From: Alphaproteobacteria bacterium
GTDB lineage: Bacteria; Pseudomonadota; Alphaproteobacteria; UBA7887
Direction: 5' to 3'
Assembly: GCA_965216755.1 (NCBI GenBank)
Contig: CBDCGL010000011.1
Location: 4,192,001-4,256,000 of the forward strand
Length of the DNA stretch: 64,000 nt
Shown one piece after another: positions 48,916-58,768 of this stretch. Made by a program: the position numbers and the translations under genes. The notes beneath the pieces were generated by a model that did not search any database, was not told the DNA's origin, and saw nothing but the letters and a program-made list of their open reading frames with translations. Every line of letters starts with the position of its first letter. Position 1 is the first letter of the stretch.

Positions 48916-49127
48916 CTACTAACGAAATAAATATCGACGATATACTGATTAATACAAGCTCCAGTCTTTCGGTCTGGGGCTTTTCTGTATCAGTGTCGTA
49001 TTTTCGCAACAGCAAAAGTCGTTATTCTCAGTATCTTACAAATTCTCAAATTGATCTTTCAAGTTCTGACAGAATTGGTTTGTCAAGCATTATCCAACGT
49101 GTACAAGTTCATTTTTGCGAGATCGAT

Positions 49128-49526
49128 ATGGTCAAAAATGACACGGAAAGCGGCGCATTTGTCGCGCATATCGTGGAGCTACTGTCGGTGGTCGGCAATG
49201 TCCGCGCCAAGCGGATGTTTGGCGGCCATGGCATTTTTCTCGATGACATGATGTTTGCACTAATTGCCGACGATGTTTTATATCTAAAAGCGAACGGACA
49301 AACGGCGGCGGCATTTGAATCGGCGGGGGCCGAGCCCTTTGTTTATACGGGCAAAGGTAAGCCAGTCACCATGTCCTATTGGAGCGCACCGGACGGCACG
49401 CTGGACAACGCGGTCGATATTGAGCCTTGGGCGCAGCTGGCCGTGGCGGCGGCGCGGGCGGCGAAAGCGGCCAAGCCAAATAAGGCGTCGAAACCAAAAT
49501 CGAAACGAAAATCGGCGAAACCGTAG
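49128..49526 (+). CDS. TfoX/Sxy N-terminal domain protein
   Basis: KRMFGGHGIF, MFALIADDVLYLK, PFVY, MSYW; start moved to ATG 49128. Confidence 0.9.
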   Translation: MVKNDTESGAFVAHIVELLSVVGNVRAKRMFGGHGIFLDDMMFALIADDVLYLKANGQTAAAFESAGAEPFVYTGKGKPVTMSYWSAPDGTLDNAVDIEPWAQLAVAAARAAKAAKPNKASKPKSKRKSAKP

Positions 49527-49545
49527 CTCTGGGCTGCGCCGTTCG

Positions 49546-51126
49546 TCATGTTACAAGAGCCGCCAGAGTCTGGGTATGATCGGCTTGGTCCGCGGGTTTG
49601 TCCCACCGGATTCGGTGAATGCGGGGGAAACGCAGCGCCAGGCCGGACTTGTGCCGTTTCGATTGGTGAACCGAATCAAACGCGACCTCCAGAACAAGTT
49701 CGGCCGTAACGGCGCGGACCGGGCCAAATCTCTCGACTGTGTGCTGACGCACCCATTTATCCAATTGGCGTAGTTCTTCGTCAGTGAAGCCGAAATAAGC
49801 TTTGCCGACCGGCACCAGTTCCTTGCCGCCGTCTGCGGCCGTCCGCCAGCAACCAAACGTGTAGTCCGAATAGAATGATGATCGTTTGCCATGGCCGCGT
49901 TGGGCGTACATCAACACGCAATCAGCGGTGAGCGCATCGCGCTTCCATTTAAACCACGGACCTTTCGGGCGTCCCGTCACGTACGGGCTCTGGCGGTGTT
50001 TCAGCATCAAGCCCTCGATGCCGTTGACCCGTGTCTCTGCGCGCAATCCGGCCAACGCATGCCAGTTGTCAAAGGGAACCAATGGCGAAATATCCATTCG
50101 CGACGGTTGCATTTGGGCATACCACTGTTCCAGTTGCGCGCGCCGTTGTTCAAATGACTGGCCGCGCAGGTCTGCATCACCCCAAAACAGTATGTCGTAG
50201 AGTCGCACATGGGCGGGCAATTCATCGCGCATGCGCGCCGACACGCGCTTGCGGCCAAGCCGTTGTTGGAGATCGTTGAACGGTGCAGGGGTGCCGTCAT
50301 GGGCGACCAGAAGTTCGCCGTCCAGAACGGCATCGAAACACAGCACTTCGACAATATCGGGGAACGCGTTGCTGATATCGTCGCCCGCCCGCGAAAAGAC
50401 GCGCGCGGCGTCGGCCCGCCCCACCAGCTGTACGCGGATGCCGTCCCACTTCCACTCGGCCAGATAGTCGGCGGGATCAAGATTGGCGAGATCTTTTTCA
50501 GCCAATGGATTGGCCAACATCAACGGCCGAAACACCGCGTGATCTGCGATGTCGGGCCGGCCGCCGCGCCCCTCCAGCCAGGCAAACAGTGGCGTGTAGG
50601 GGGGCGCCAGGCCGTGCCAAATTTCTTCGATGTCGGCAACCGGCTTATTGCCAAACATGGCCAGGCTGGTCTTGGCCAGGCGTGAGGAAATGCCGACGCG
50701 CAAGCCGCCGGTCATCAGTTTCAACAAGGCAAATCGGCCACTTGCGTCAAGCTCATCGAGCCAGCCTTCAATGAGAGCCGCGACCTCGGTTCGTTTGGCG
50801 CCCTGCAAGGCCTCAACCACGGTCGCCAAGCTGGGTGGATTTCGCGTTGTCGCGCCAGGTGGCCATATCAATGCGGCTGTTTCCGCCAAGTCTCCGACGA
50901 AATCGTAAGACAGCGCAAATAGCTCGGCCGCAACGCGGGTACTGACAAGCTCTCGGATGACGCGTGGCGTCGCATGGCCCAATCTCAGCTCGCGGGTCAA
51001 AATCGCCAGTCCATAGCCACGGTCCGGGTCGGGTGTGTCCGCGAAATACCTCCTGAGCAAGCCGAGTTTGGCGTTGCGTCCCGGCGTAAAAACCAAGCGT
51101 TCCAGCAATGCGGCGAATGGCTTCAT
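49546..51126 (-). CDS. ATP-dependent DNA ligase (ligase-associated damage-response cluster)
   Basis: EWKWDGIR, LDGEL, EGLMLK, WFKWK, LRFPR. Confidence 0.95.
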   Translation of the reverse strand: MKPFAALLERLVFTPGRNAKLGLLRRYFADTPDPDRGYGLAILTRELRLGHATPRVIRELVSTRVAAELFALSYDFVGDLAETAALIWPPGATTRNPPSLATVVEALQGAKRTEVAALIEGWLDELDASGRFALLKLMTGGLRVGISSRLAKTSLAMFGNKPVADIEEIWHGLAPPYTPLFAWLEGRGGRPDIADHAVFRPLMLANPLAEKDLANLDPADYLAEWKWDGIRVQLVGRADAARVFSRAGDDISNAFPDIVEVLCFDAVLDGELLVAHDGTPAPFNDLQQRLGRKRVSARMRDELPAHVRLYDILFWGDADLRGQSFEQRRAQLEQWYAQMQPSRMDISPLVPFDNWHALAGLRAETRVNGIEGLMLKHRQSPYVTGRPKGPWFKWKRDALTADCVLMYAQRGHGKRSSFYSDYTFGCWRTAADGGKELVPVGKAYFGFTDEELRQLDKWVRQHTVERFGPVRAVTAELVLEVAFDSVHQSKRHKSGLALRFPRIHRIRWDKPADQADHTQTLAALVT

Positions 51127-52142
51127 GCGCTGTCTTCGTCAAAGCCAATCAGCGACAGCGCTTCCGCATCGAGACCACGGGATCGCGCGTGAAAGACCAG
51201 CGCATCCTCACGGCCATGGGTGACCCAAACACGTGGCGCGGCAACATCGTCGAGCGTCGCGGTCAATTCATCCCAATCGGCATGATCTGAGATCACCATC
51301 GGCAATTCGACGCCGCGTTGGCGGGCGCGTTGGCGGACACGCAACCAACCAGATGCGGCGGCGATGACCGGATCGGGCAAGTCGCGCGCCCAGCGATCCG
51401 CGGTCGCCGACGGTGGGCTCAGCACGATCGCACCGGCCAGATCGTGCTTGTTGGCGGCGGTGACGGGCTTCAAAGCGCCCAGCCCAATCCCCTGCCTGTG
51501 GTAGAGCTCGCACAATGAGACAAGTGCCCCGTGTAACCAAATTGGTCGGTCATAGCCGGCTTGGCGCAACAACGCGATCACCCGTTGGCATTTACCCAAA
51601 GCGTAGACGCCGACCAAATGGCAGCGGTCCGGTTGGTTCCGAACCGAGTCCAACAGCTTGCCGATCTCCCCGCGGTCGGGTGGATGGCGAAACACGGGCA
51701 GGGCGAACGTGGCTTCGGTGACAAACAGGTCGCATGTGACCGGCTCGAACGGCGCGCATGTCGGATCGGGGCGCCGTTTGTAATCGCCAGAGACCACCAC
51801 CCGAAAGCCGCGATAGTCCAGAACAACCTGTGCGCTGCCCAATATGTGGCCAGCCGGTTCGAGTGTCACCGTCACATCGCCGACTTTCTGCGGCTTGCCA
51901 TAAGCGCAGGTCTCGAATTGGTGGGCGGCATCGTCGCCATAGCGGACCCGCATGATGGCGGCGGTCTCGGCGGTGCACAGCACGGCCCGATGGCCACGTC
52001 GCGCGTGATCGCCATGGCCATGGGTGACCACGGCGCGCGCGACGGCCGGTTGCGGGTCGATATAGAATTGACCCGGCGCGCACCAAAGCCCTGCTTTGGT
52101 GTTGATCAGCCAAGCCTTGGGATCGGATGACGTGTCGAACAT
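51123..52142 (-). CDS. Ligase-associated MBL/beta-CASP exonuclease
   Basis: THGHGDH, AGHILGSAQ, SGDYK, TEATF, SDHADW, VTHG. Confidence 0.92.
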   Translation of the reverse strand: MFDTSSDPKAWLINTKAGLWCAPGQFYIDPQPAVARAVVTHGHGDHARRGHRAVLCTAETAAIMRVRYGDDAAHQFETCAYGKPQKVGDVTVTLEPAGHILGSAQVVLDYRGFRVVVSGDYKRRPDPTCAPFEPVTCDLFVTEATFALPVFRHPPDRGEIGKLLDSVRNQPDRCHLVGVYALGKCQRVIALLRQAGYDRPIWLHGALVSLCELYHRQGIGLGALKPVTAANKHDLAGAIVLSPPSATADRWARDLPDPVIAAASGWLRVRQRARQRGVELPMVISDHADWDELTATLDDVAAPRVWVTHGREDALVFHARSRGLDAEALSLIGFDEDSA

Positions 52143-52184
52143 TGCGCACAGTATAGGCGGTCGCCGCGGGGGGCGCTTTGGGGT

Positions 52185-54626
52185 GTGGTCGTGACAGCTA
52201 AGCTGCCCGAGCCATTTCGTCGCTGGTTCGCCGGCCAGGGCTGGAAACCCCACGCCCATCAATTGGCGGTTGCTGCGACCGCCCAATCCAGGGGTGACGT
52301 GTTGCTGGTCGCGCCGACCGGTGGCGGCAAGACTTTGGCCGGCTTCCTACCAAGCTTGCTGACGCTCGCCGATGCTTCCGACACTGGTCTGCATACGCTC
52401 TATGTGTCACCGCTAAAGGCACTGACCGTAGACGTGCATCGCAATCTGCTGCAACCGATTGCGGATATGGCGTTGCCGATAAACGCCGAGACGCGCACCG
52501 GCGACACACCGCAGGCCCGCCGGCAGCGGCAACGGCGCCATCCACCGCACATTCTCCTCACCACGCCCGAATCCTTGGCGTTGATGTTGTCTTATGTCGA
52601 GGCCCCAGAGATCTTCCAGGGGCTGCGACAGGTTGTCGTCGACGAGTTGCACGCGATTGCAGGCACCAAACGCGGTGATCTTCTGGCCTTGGGGTTATCG
52701 CGCCTCAACGGTTTGGCCCCGGAGCATAGGCGGATAGGCTTGTCGGCGACCGTCGCCTGGCCCGACGATTTGCGCGCTTGGCTGGCCCGCGATGGCGACG
52801 GCGGCGACGTCCACATGATCAGCCATGACGACAGTGTGCCACCCGAGATCTCGATTCTCACACCCGATACACGTATTCCCTGGCGCGGCCACATGGGGGC
52901 CCATGCGATGGAAGCCGTGTACAAGCAGATCCAGGGTGCCGCGACGACCATCGTTTTCGTCAACACGCGGGCCCAGGCCGAGATCGTGTTTCGGCATTTG
53001 TGGGCACTCAATGACCAAAACCTGCCGATCGGCCTACATCACGGCAGTTTGGCGGTCGAACAACGACGTCGCATTGAGGCTGCGATGGCAGCCGGCAAAC
53101 TCCGCGCCGTGGTGGCGACTTCGTCATTGGATTTGGGCGTCGATTGGGCCGCGGTGGATTTGGTGATCCAAGTCGGCGCACCCAAGGGCGTCAGCCGGCT
53201 TATTCAGCGGGTCGGTCGCGCTGGCCATCGCCTGGACTGTCCGAGCCGCGCGGTATTGGTTCCAGCCAATCGCTTTGAAGTCCTGGAGTGCCGCGCCGCG
53301 GTCGATGCCGTGGCCGCGCGCACCCTGGACGGCGATCCGCCGCGGCCGGGCGGATTGGACGTGTTGGCACAGCACATATTGGGCACCGCGTGCTCGGTGC
53401 CCTTCGATGCCGATGCGTTGTATCGCGACGTGACCCAGGCCGCGCCCTATGCCGCTCTCAGCCGCACGGATTTCGATGACACACTGGCATTTGTCGAAAA
53501 TGGTGGATACGCGTTGAAAGCCTACGAACGCTATCGACGGATCCGCAAAGGCAAGGATGGTCGTTACCGGATTACCTCGGCGCGCGTCGCGCGTCTCTAT
53601 CGCATGAATGTCGGCACGATCGTCGAGGCGGTGACGATGAAAGTGAAGCTCAAAAAGGGCCGGTTCCTCGGCGAGATCGAGGAATATTTTATTCTCGGCC
53701 TGGTGCCCGGCGATACCTTCGTGTTTTCCGGCCAGGTCTTGCGCTTTGTCGGCTTGCAGGAAACCCACGCATTGGTCGAGCGAGCCACCGGTGGCGATCC
53801 GAAAGTGCCGGCCTATCAGGGTGGACGTTTGCCGTTGACCACCCACTTGGCGGATCGGGTGCGGGCGATGCTGGCCTCCCCCAAGAACTGGTCCGATCTT
53901 CCAGAACCGGTCAATGAGTGGCTGCGGTTGCAGCGCGCGCGGTCGACCTTGCCCAAGGCCAAGGGATTGCTGGTTGAGACCTTTCCGCGTGCGGACAAGG
54001 CGTATCTGGTCGCCTATTGCTTCGAAGGCCGTAACGCGCATCAAACACTCGGCATGCTGCTCACCCGTCGCATGGAGCGCGCCGGATTGGCACCGCTAGG
54101 CTTTGTCGCGACCGACTATGTGTTGGCGATTTGGAGCGTTCATCCGGCGACCGAGATCGAGTCTTTGTTCGACGAATCGATGCTCGGTGATGATCTGGAG
54201 GAATGGATGGACGAATCATCGATGCTCCGTCGCACGTTTCGCAATGTCGCCGTGATCGCCGGACTTATCGAGCGCCAGCATCCGGGGGAGCGGAAAACCC
54301 GGCGTCAGGTGACCTTCAACGCCGATCTGATCTACGATGTCTTGCGGCGCTACGACCCCAATCACATACTGCTGCGCGCCACGCGCGCGGATGCCGGCAG
54401 CGGATTGACCGATATCCGCCGCGTGGCCGGCATGCTGTCACGCATTCGGGGGCGTATCGTGCATCGCGAATTGGACAAAGTTTCGCCGTTGGCGGTTCCT
54501 GTGTTGTTGGAAATCGGCAAGGAAACCGTGTATGGCGCCGCATTTGATCATTTGCTCGACGAGGGCGAGCAACAACTGATTGACGAAGCATTGGCATTGC
54601 CGGGCCGGGCACGGGCATCCGCGTGA
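52185..54626 (+). CDS. lhr: Lhr-core DEXH helicase (ligase-associated)
   Basis: APTGGGKT, TTPESL, DELH, LSAT, HHGSL, QRVGRAGH. Confidence 0.93.
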   Translation: MVVTAKLPEPFRRWFAGQGWKPHAHQLAVAATAQSRGDVLLVAPTGGGKTLAGFLPSLLTLADASDTGLHTLYVSPLKALTVDVHRNLLQPIADMALPINAETRTGDTPQARRQRQRRHPPHILLTTPESLALMLSYVEAPEIFQGLRQVVVDELHAIAGTKRGDLLALGLSRLNGLAPEHRRIGLSATVAWPDDLRAWLARDGDGGDVHMISHDDSVPPEISILTPDTRIPWRGHMGAHAMEAVYKQIQGAATTIVFVNTRAQAEIVFRHLWALNDQNLPIGLHHGSLAVEQRRRIEAAMAAGKLRAVVATSSLDLGVDWAAVDLVIQVGAPKGVSRLIQRVGRAGHRLDCPSRAVLVPANRFEVLECRAAVDAVAARTLDGDPPRPGGLDVLAQHILGTACSVPFDADALYRDVTQAAPYAALSRTDFDDTLAFVENGGYALKAYERYRRIRKGKDGRYRITSARVARLYRMNVGTIVEAVTMKVKLKKGRFLGEIEEYFILGLVPGDTFVFSGQVLRFVGLQETHALVERATGGDPKVPAYQGGRLPLTTHLADRVRAMLASPKNWSDLPEPVNEWLRLQRARSTLPKAKGLLVETFPRADKAYLVAYCFEGRNAHQTLGMLLTRRMERAGLAPLGFVATDYVLAIWSVHPATEIESLFDESMLGDDLEEWMDESSMLRRTFRNVAVIAGLIERQHPGERKTRRQVTFNADLIYDVLRRYDPNHILLRATRADAGSGLTDIRRVAGMLSRIRGRIVHRELDKVSPLAVPVLLEIGKETVYGAAFDHLLDEGEQQLIDEALALPGRARASA

Positions 54627-55312
54627 CCGGGCGGTCGCTGGCGCTCAACGGGGCGACGCTTGTCGCCGATGTCAGTGGCGCGTTGTATTGGCCGAACGCG
54701 GAGACGGTGGTCGTCGCCGACTTGCATCTTGAAAAGGGCTCCCGATTCGCGCAGTTCGGCAATCTTCTGCCGCCGTATGACAGCCGTGCCACGTTGACAA
54801 CCTTGGCTGGCGTGCTGGCGCGGTTCCGGCCGCGCCGCGTTATCTGTCTGGGCGATAGCTTCCACGATGCGGACGCACCGGACCGGCTGTCCAAGGCGGA
54901 CGTCGGTCGGCTGATGACAATGACGGCGGCCCATGATTGGGTATGGGTGGCTGGAAATCACGATCCCGCGCCGCCCGGCGGTCTGGGTGGCCGCGTGGTT
55001 AGCTGGTTTGAGGATGGGCCGCTAAAATTTCGCCATGAAGCCCATCATGATGGTGACGTCAATGGCGAGGTTTCAGGACACTTCCATCCCCGCGCGGCGG
55101 TCACCGTACGTGGCCGACGCCTGGCGAACCGTTGCTTCGTCGGTGATCGATCGCGGGTGATCCTGCCAGCGTTCGGCGCTTATGCCGGTGGATTGGATGT
55201 CAGCGCGCCGGCGATCGCAGACCTGTTTGTCGATGGATTCACTGCCTACATATTGGGTCGACGCGGCGTGTATGCATTTGCCGGCGACGCCATCACGGCG
55301 GGGCGGTCGTAG
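54623..55312 (+). CDS. pdeM: Ligase-associated metallophosphoesterase/endonuclease PdeM
   Basis: ADLHLEK, LGDSFHD, GNHD, RHE, GHFHP, LPAFG; GTGA overlap with the helicase. Confidence 0.9.
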   Translation: MTGRSLALNGATLVADVSGALYWPNAETVVVADLHLEKGSRFAQFGNLLPPYDSRATLTTLAGVLARFRPRRVICLGDSFHDADAPDRLSKADVGRLMTMTAAHDWVWVAGNHDPAPPGGLGGRVVSWFEDGPLKFRHEAHHDGDVNGEVSGHFHPRAAVTVRGRRLANRCFVGDRSRVILPAFGAYAGGLDVSAPAIADLFVDGFTAYILGRRGVYAFAGDAITAGRS

Positions 55313-55346
55313 TCGTGACACGCTGGCCCCCAAGGAGAGCCCACCC

Positions 55347-56099
55347 ATGACCAAGACCAAATCTCATTTTTTCGTCGTCGCCGTCGTTGTCCTGATGTTC
55401 GGTGCCGGTAGCGCGCAGAGCCAGGACCTTCTGAACGATCTGTTGGGTGCGATTGAAGAGCTGGTGACCGGCGAGGAGGGGACTACGGCGGGACTCACCG
55501 ACGCCGACATCACGTCCGGCTTGCTGGAAGCGCTGCGGGTGGGCACCGAACGGGTGGTTGCGTCGGTCAGCGCGGTCGACGGCTACAATCTCGACGACGC
55601 CATCCATATTCCGCTACCGGAGAACTTGCACAAGGTGCAGGAAATCTTGGCGACGGTGGGATTGTCAAGTTTGGGTGATGATTTGGAGTTGAAACTGAAC
55701 CGTGCCGCCGAAGCCGCTGCACCGTTGGCTCGCGACGTATTCTGGAATTCGATCGATCAAATGACCATGGATGACGCGCTGGGCATATTCAACGGCCCCA
55801 ACGATGCCGCCACACGCTATTTCGAGCGCACCATGACTCCGCAATTGGTCACCCTGATGCGCCCGATCATCGACAACACCTTGGCCGATGTGGGCGCGCT
55901 CCAGGCCTATGATCAGATGATGGCGCCCTATCAAGCCCTGCCACTGGTCCCGGATGTCAAAGGCGATCTGCAGACCTATGCTGTCGAGCAGGCGCTCGGC
56001 GGTATGTTCTTCAAACTCGCCGAGGAAGAGGCCGCGATCCGCGAAGACCCGGCCAAACGAACAACAGAGATCTTGGAACGGGTCTTCGGACGCGGCTGA
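55347..56099 (+). CDS. DUF4197 family exported protein
   Basis: GLLEALRVG, LNRAAEAA, AATRYF, EEEAAIREDP. Confidence 0.88.
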   Translation: MTKTKSHFFVVAVVVLMFGAGSAQSQDLLNDLLGAIEELVTGEEGTTAGLTDADITSGLLEALRVGTERVVASVSAVDGYNLDDAIHIPLPENLHKVQEILATVGLSSLGDDLELKLNRAAEAAAPLARDVFWNSIDQMTMDDALGIFNGPNDAATRYFERTMTPQLVTLMRPIIDNTLADVGALQAYDQMMAPYQALPLVPDVKGDLQTYAVEQALGGMFFKLAEEEAAIREDPAKRTTEILERVFGRG

Positions 56100-56120
56100 G
56101 CGAGGCGCTATGGTGCCCCG

Positions 56121-56693
56121 TCAGCTGACCAACTCCCAAGATCCGTCCGGCTGCCGGCAGGCCCGACCATAGCCGTCTTCGACCTTGCCGCCGACGACGA
56201 CGGTGGTCGTATACTCGCGACAATAGCGCCCTTCGTCATAAGTGACCCGTGACGGTGTGACCGCGTAGTCGGCACGCGTGTTGGGGTTGGTCCAGCGTAC
56301 AGTCTGTCCGGGCGAGGCGTATTCGAGCGACTGCGAGACACAGTTGCCGTCGGCCGGATCCATATATTGCGACAAGGAACCGCCAAGCACGGCGCCCAAC
56401 AACGTGCCGGTGGCGGTGGCCGCCAACTGACCGGAGCCGTCACCGATTTGCGCGCCAAGCAAACCACCGACGACAGCGCCCAAGGCTCCGCCGAGCAGGT
56501 CACGGCCGCGGAAGCCGGCGTAGCATTGGTCCAAAAATCCGAAACCCGAAGGTTGGTGCGCGGCCTGGGTGCGATAGTCGTCGGCCACCGCCACTGTCGG
56601 CATGGCGATCGAAGCACCGGCCACGGCCACGGCCGCGGCGATCGCGATTGGCGCGCGGCGCGCGCGTTTCGATGGATTGCGGTACTGGGTCAT
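56121..56693 (-). CDS. RT0821/Lpp0805-family glycine-zipper surface protein
   Basis: GAVVGGLLGAQIGDGSG zipper; YCREY...GRACRQPDGSWE. Confidence 0.88.
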   Translation of the reverse strand: MTQYRNPSKRARRAPIAIAAAVAVAGASIAMPTVAVADDYRTQAAHQPSGFGFLDQCYAGFRGRDLLGGALGAVVGGLLGAQIGDGSGQLAATATGTLLGAVLGGSLSQYMDPADGNCVSQSLEYASPGQTVRWTNPNTRADYAVTPSRVTYDEGRYCREYTTTVVVGGKVEDGYGRACRQPDGSWELVS

Positions 56694-56758
56694 AAGTCTT
56701 GTCCTCACTATCTCGACTTCACATTGTGGCAGACGCCAAATGGTCATCCGCGATTGCC

Positions 56759-57241
56759 TTACTGACTGACAATCTCCCAACTACCGTCGGGTCTGCGGCA
56801 GGCCGTGCCATAGCTGTTCTGCACGCGTCCGCCGACCACCACCGACTGCTGAAACTCGCGGCAATACTGACCGCCATGGGCCTGATAGGTACTTTGCGGC
56901 GTGAACGTGCCGTGATGGCCGCTATCGGGATTGCTCCATGAAACGGTGCTACCGCTGGGCACGGATTCCAATCCGTAGCCGGCTGTTTGGTTGGCATACA
57001 TCAAGTCGGCCCGGTCCAGGGACACACCGACTTCGCTGCCGATCAAGGCACCGATCAGGGTGCCGGCGCCAACCGCGGCAAGTTTGCCGGTACCCTTGCC
57101 GATTTGCGAGCCGGCCAGGGCGCCGAGGCCGCCACCGATCAGCGCGCCGCCAGTTTGTTTGGGTCCGTATGCGGTGGTGCAGCCTGAGAGGGCAAGCGCC
57201 GCCGCGACGGCAAAAACGATGCTCAATTTTGTGCGGGTCAT
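56759..57241 (-). CDS. 17-kDa-antigen-like outer-membrane lipoprotein (RT0821/Lpp0805)
   Basis: Lipobox LSGC, glycine zipper, YCREF...GTACRRPDGSWE. Confidence 0.9.
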   Translation of the reverse strand: MTRTKLSIVFAVAAALALSGCTTAYGPKQTGGALIGGGLGALAGSQIGKGTGKLAAVGAGTLIGALIGSEVGVSLDRADLMYANQTAGYGLESVPSGSTVSWSNPDSGHHGTFTPQSTYQAHGGQYCREFQQSVVVGGRVQNSYGTACRRPDGSWEIVSQ

Positions 57242-57324
57242 AACCGACCTCCTTTCAGAACCGCGTCACGCGGGGGTGGCCACCGGTATCAACGTAAATG
57301 CCGGTGGCCGGTTTGTGGGCTGGG

Positions 57325-57651
57325 CTAATAACCCCGGAAATGGCGATAGTATTTGGGCGGGCAATAGGCGGGCGGCAGGTCGTACCAATACCGCTTGTGG
57401 GCGTGGCGATGCCGGCGCGGACGCTCGTCGTAGTACCAATCATCGGCGTGGTGCCGTCGCCGGTGCTTTACGTGATGGCGCTTATGACGTTTGATCACAT
57501 GATGGCTCCTGTGGGCCCGGTGATCGTACGCCCGCGGCGGCGGCTGCTGGTGGTTGTACCACCCGTCATGCCCGCGATCGTGTGCCAGCGCCGGTGTTGC
57601 CGCCAGCAGGCCGGTGATCAGCGTTCCCACCATGAACGAGGTCTTGAACAT
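57325..57651 (-). CDS. Exported His/Arg/Tyr-rich low-complexity protein
   Basis: Signal peptide ending PALA then HDRGHD...HRSHHVIKRHKRHHVKHRRRHH; GGAG RBS. Confidence 0.7.
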   Translation of the reverse strand: MFKTSFMVGTLITGLLAATPALAHDRGHDGWYNHQQPPPRAYDHRAHRSHHVIKRHKRHHVKHRRRHHADDWYYDERPRRHRHAHKRYWYDLPPAYCPPKYYRHFRGY

Positions 57652-57708
57652 GCTTCCAGTCTCCAATGGACTTTGATCAGATGTTGCGGCGATCTTGGCA
57701 AATGGCGG

Positions 57709-57747
57709 CTGAATTGATCCTGAAGACCGCGTTCATCGACCGTTCAT
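57709..57747. promoter_or_regulatory. Two opposed direct-repeat boxes, putative OmpR/PhoP-family binding sites
   Basis: CTGAA at 57709 and 57720; GTTCAT at 57731 and 57742; both with 11-bp period. Confidence 0.6.
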
Positions 57748-57771
57748 CTGTTCGCGCATAGGGTTCCGGCC

Positions 57772-58062
57772 ATGCGCAGCCTCATTTTCGGTGTCATTTT
57801 CGCGGTATTTTTCAGCGCCGCCGGTGCGTTCGCGCAAAGTCATGAGCGCGCCCGCGATGCGTTACAGGCGGGGCAGATTCGGCCGCTGGGCGAGATTATC
57901 TCGCGGGTCATGGGGCAAACCGGGGGTGAAGTGCTCGATGCGGAGTTGCACCAGGGCCAGCGCGGTTGGATTTATCGAGTCAAGATCCTGACCCCGGACG
58001 GTCGCGTCGAAGTGGTCCCGGCCGACGCCCAAACCGGGCGCATCTTGAGGAGGCGGCGCTGA
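57772..58062 (+). CDS. PepSY-domain protein
   Basis: HERARDALQAGQIRPL, GEVLDAEL, YRVKILTPDG, DAQTG. Confidence 0.88.
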   Translation: MRSLIFGVIFAVFFSAAGAFAQSHERARDALQAGQIRPLGEIISRVMGQTGGEVLDAELHQGQRGWIYRVKILTPDGRVEVVPADAQTGRILRRRR

Positions 58063-58733
58063 TGCGGGTTTTGGTCGTTGAGGACGAATCCACGCTGGCC
58101 GGCCAATTGCGCGATGCCTTGAGCGACGCCGGTTACGCTGTCGACGTTGCCCATGACGGCGAGGAGGGGCATTTTTTGGGGGATACCGAGTCTTACGACG
58201 TGGTCATTCTCGATCTCGGCTTGCCGCAGATGGACGGTATCACGGTGCTTGGCCGCTGGCGCGCCGACGGTCGCGACATGCCGGTGTTGATCCTTACCGC
58301 GCGCGAGCGTTGGAGCGAGAAGGTTGCTGGCTTTGATGCCGGCGCCGACGACTATGTGGTCAAGCCATTTCAGATGGAGGAATTGCTCGCCCGCGTCCGT
58401 GCGCTGATGCGGCGATCGGCCGGGCATGCCTCTGCCGTGCTCCGTTGCGGGCCGGTCGAGCTTGACACCAATCTTGGTCGTGCGGTGGTTGATGGCAACG
58501 CCGTGAAGTTGACCGCGCACGAATATAAATTGCTGGCCTATTTGATGCATCACCAAGGACGTGTTGTTTCTCGGACCGAACTGACTGAACATATCTACAA
58601 CCAGGAATTCGATAAAGATTCGAACACGATCGAAGTGTTCGTCGCGCGCCTGCGCCGCAAGCTGGGGGCGGAAATTATTCACACCGTGCGCGGCCTCGGC
58701 TATTTGGTGGCGACCGAGGATGACGTCTCCTAA
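58062..58733 (+). CDS. OmpR/PhoP-family response regulator (FeuP-like)
   Basis: True start MRVLVVEDE overlapping the PepSY stop; ILDLGLP, GADDYVVKPF, SNTIEVF, TVRGLGY. Confidence 0.93.
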   Translation: MRVLVVEDESTLAGQLRDALSDAGYAVDVAHDGEEGHFLGDTESYDVVILDLGLPQMDGITVLGRWRADGRDMPVLILTARERWSEKVAGFDAGADDYVVKPFQMEELLARVRALMRRSAGHASAVLRCGPVELDTNLGRAVVDGNAVKLTAHEYKLLAYLMHHQGRVVSRTELTEHIYNQEFDKDSNTIEVFVARLRRKLGAEIIHTVRGLGYLVATEDDVS

Positions 58734-58768
58734 GGCGAATTCTGTTCAACGCGACGCAGCGTGCCGAA

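Noticed and set aside
48867-49127. N-terminal extension of the TfoX ORF
   Set aside because: AT-rich, non-coding-like and overlaps the sRNA candidate; the domain begins after ATG 49128.
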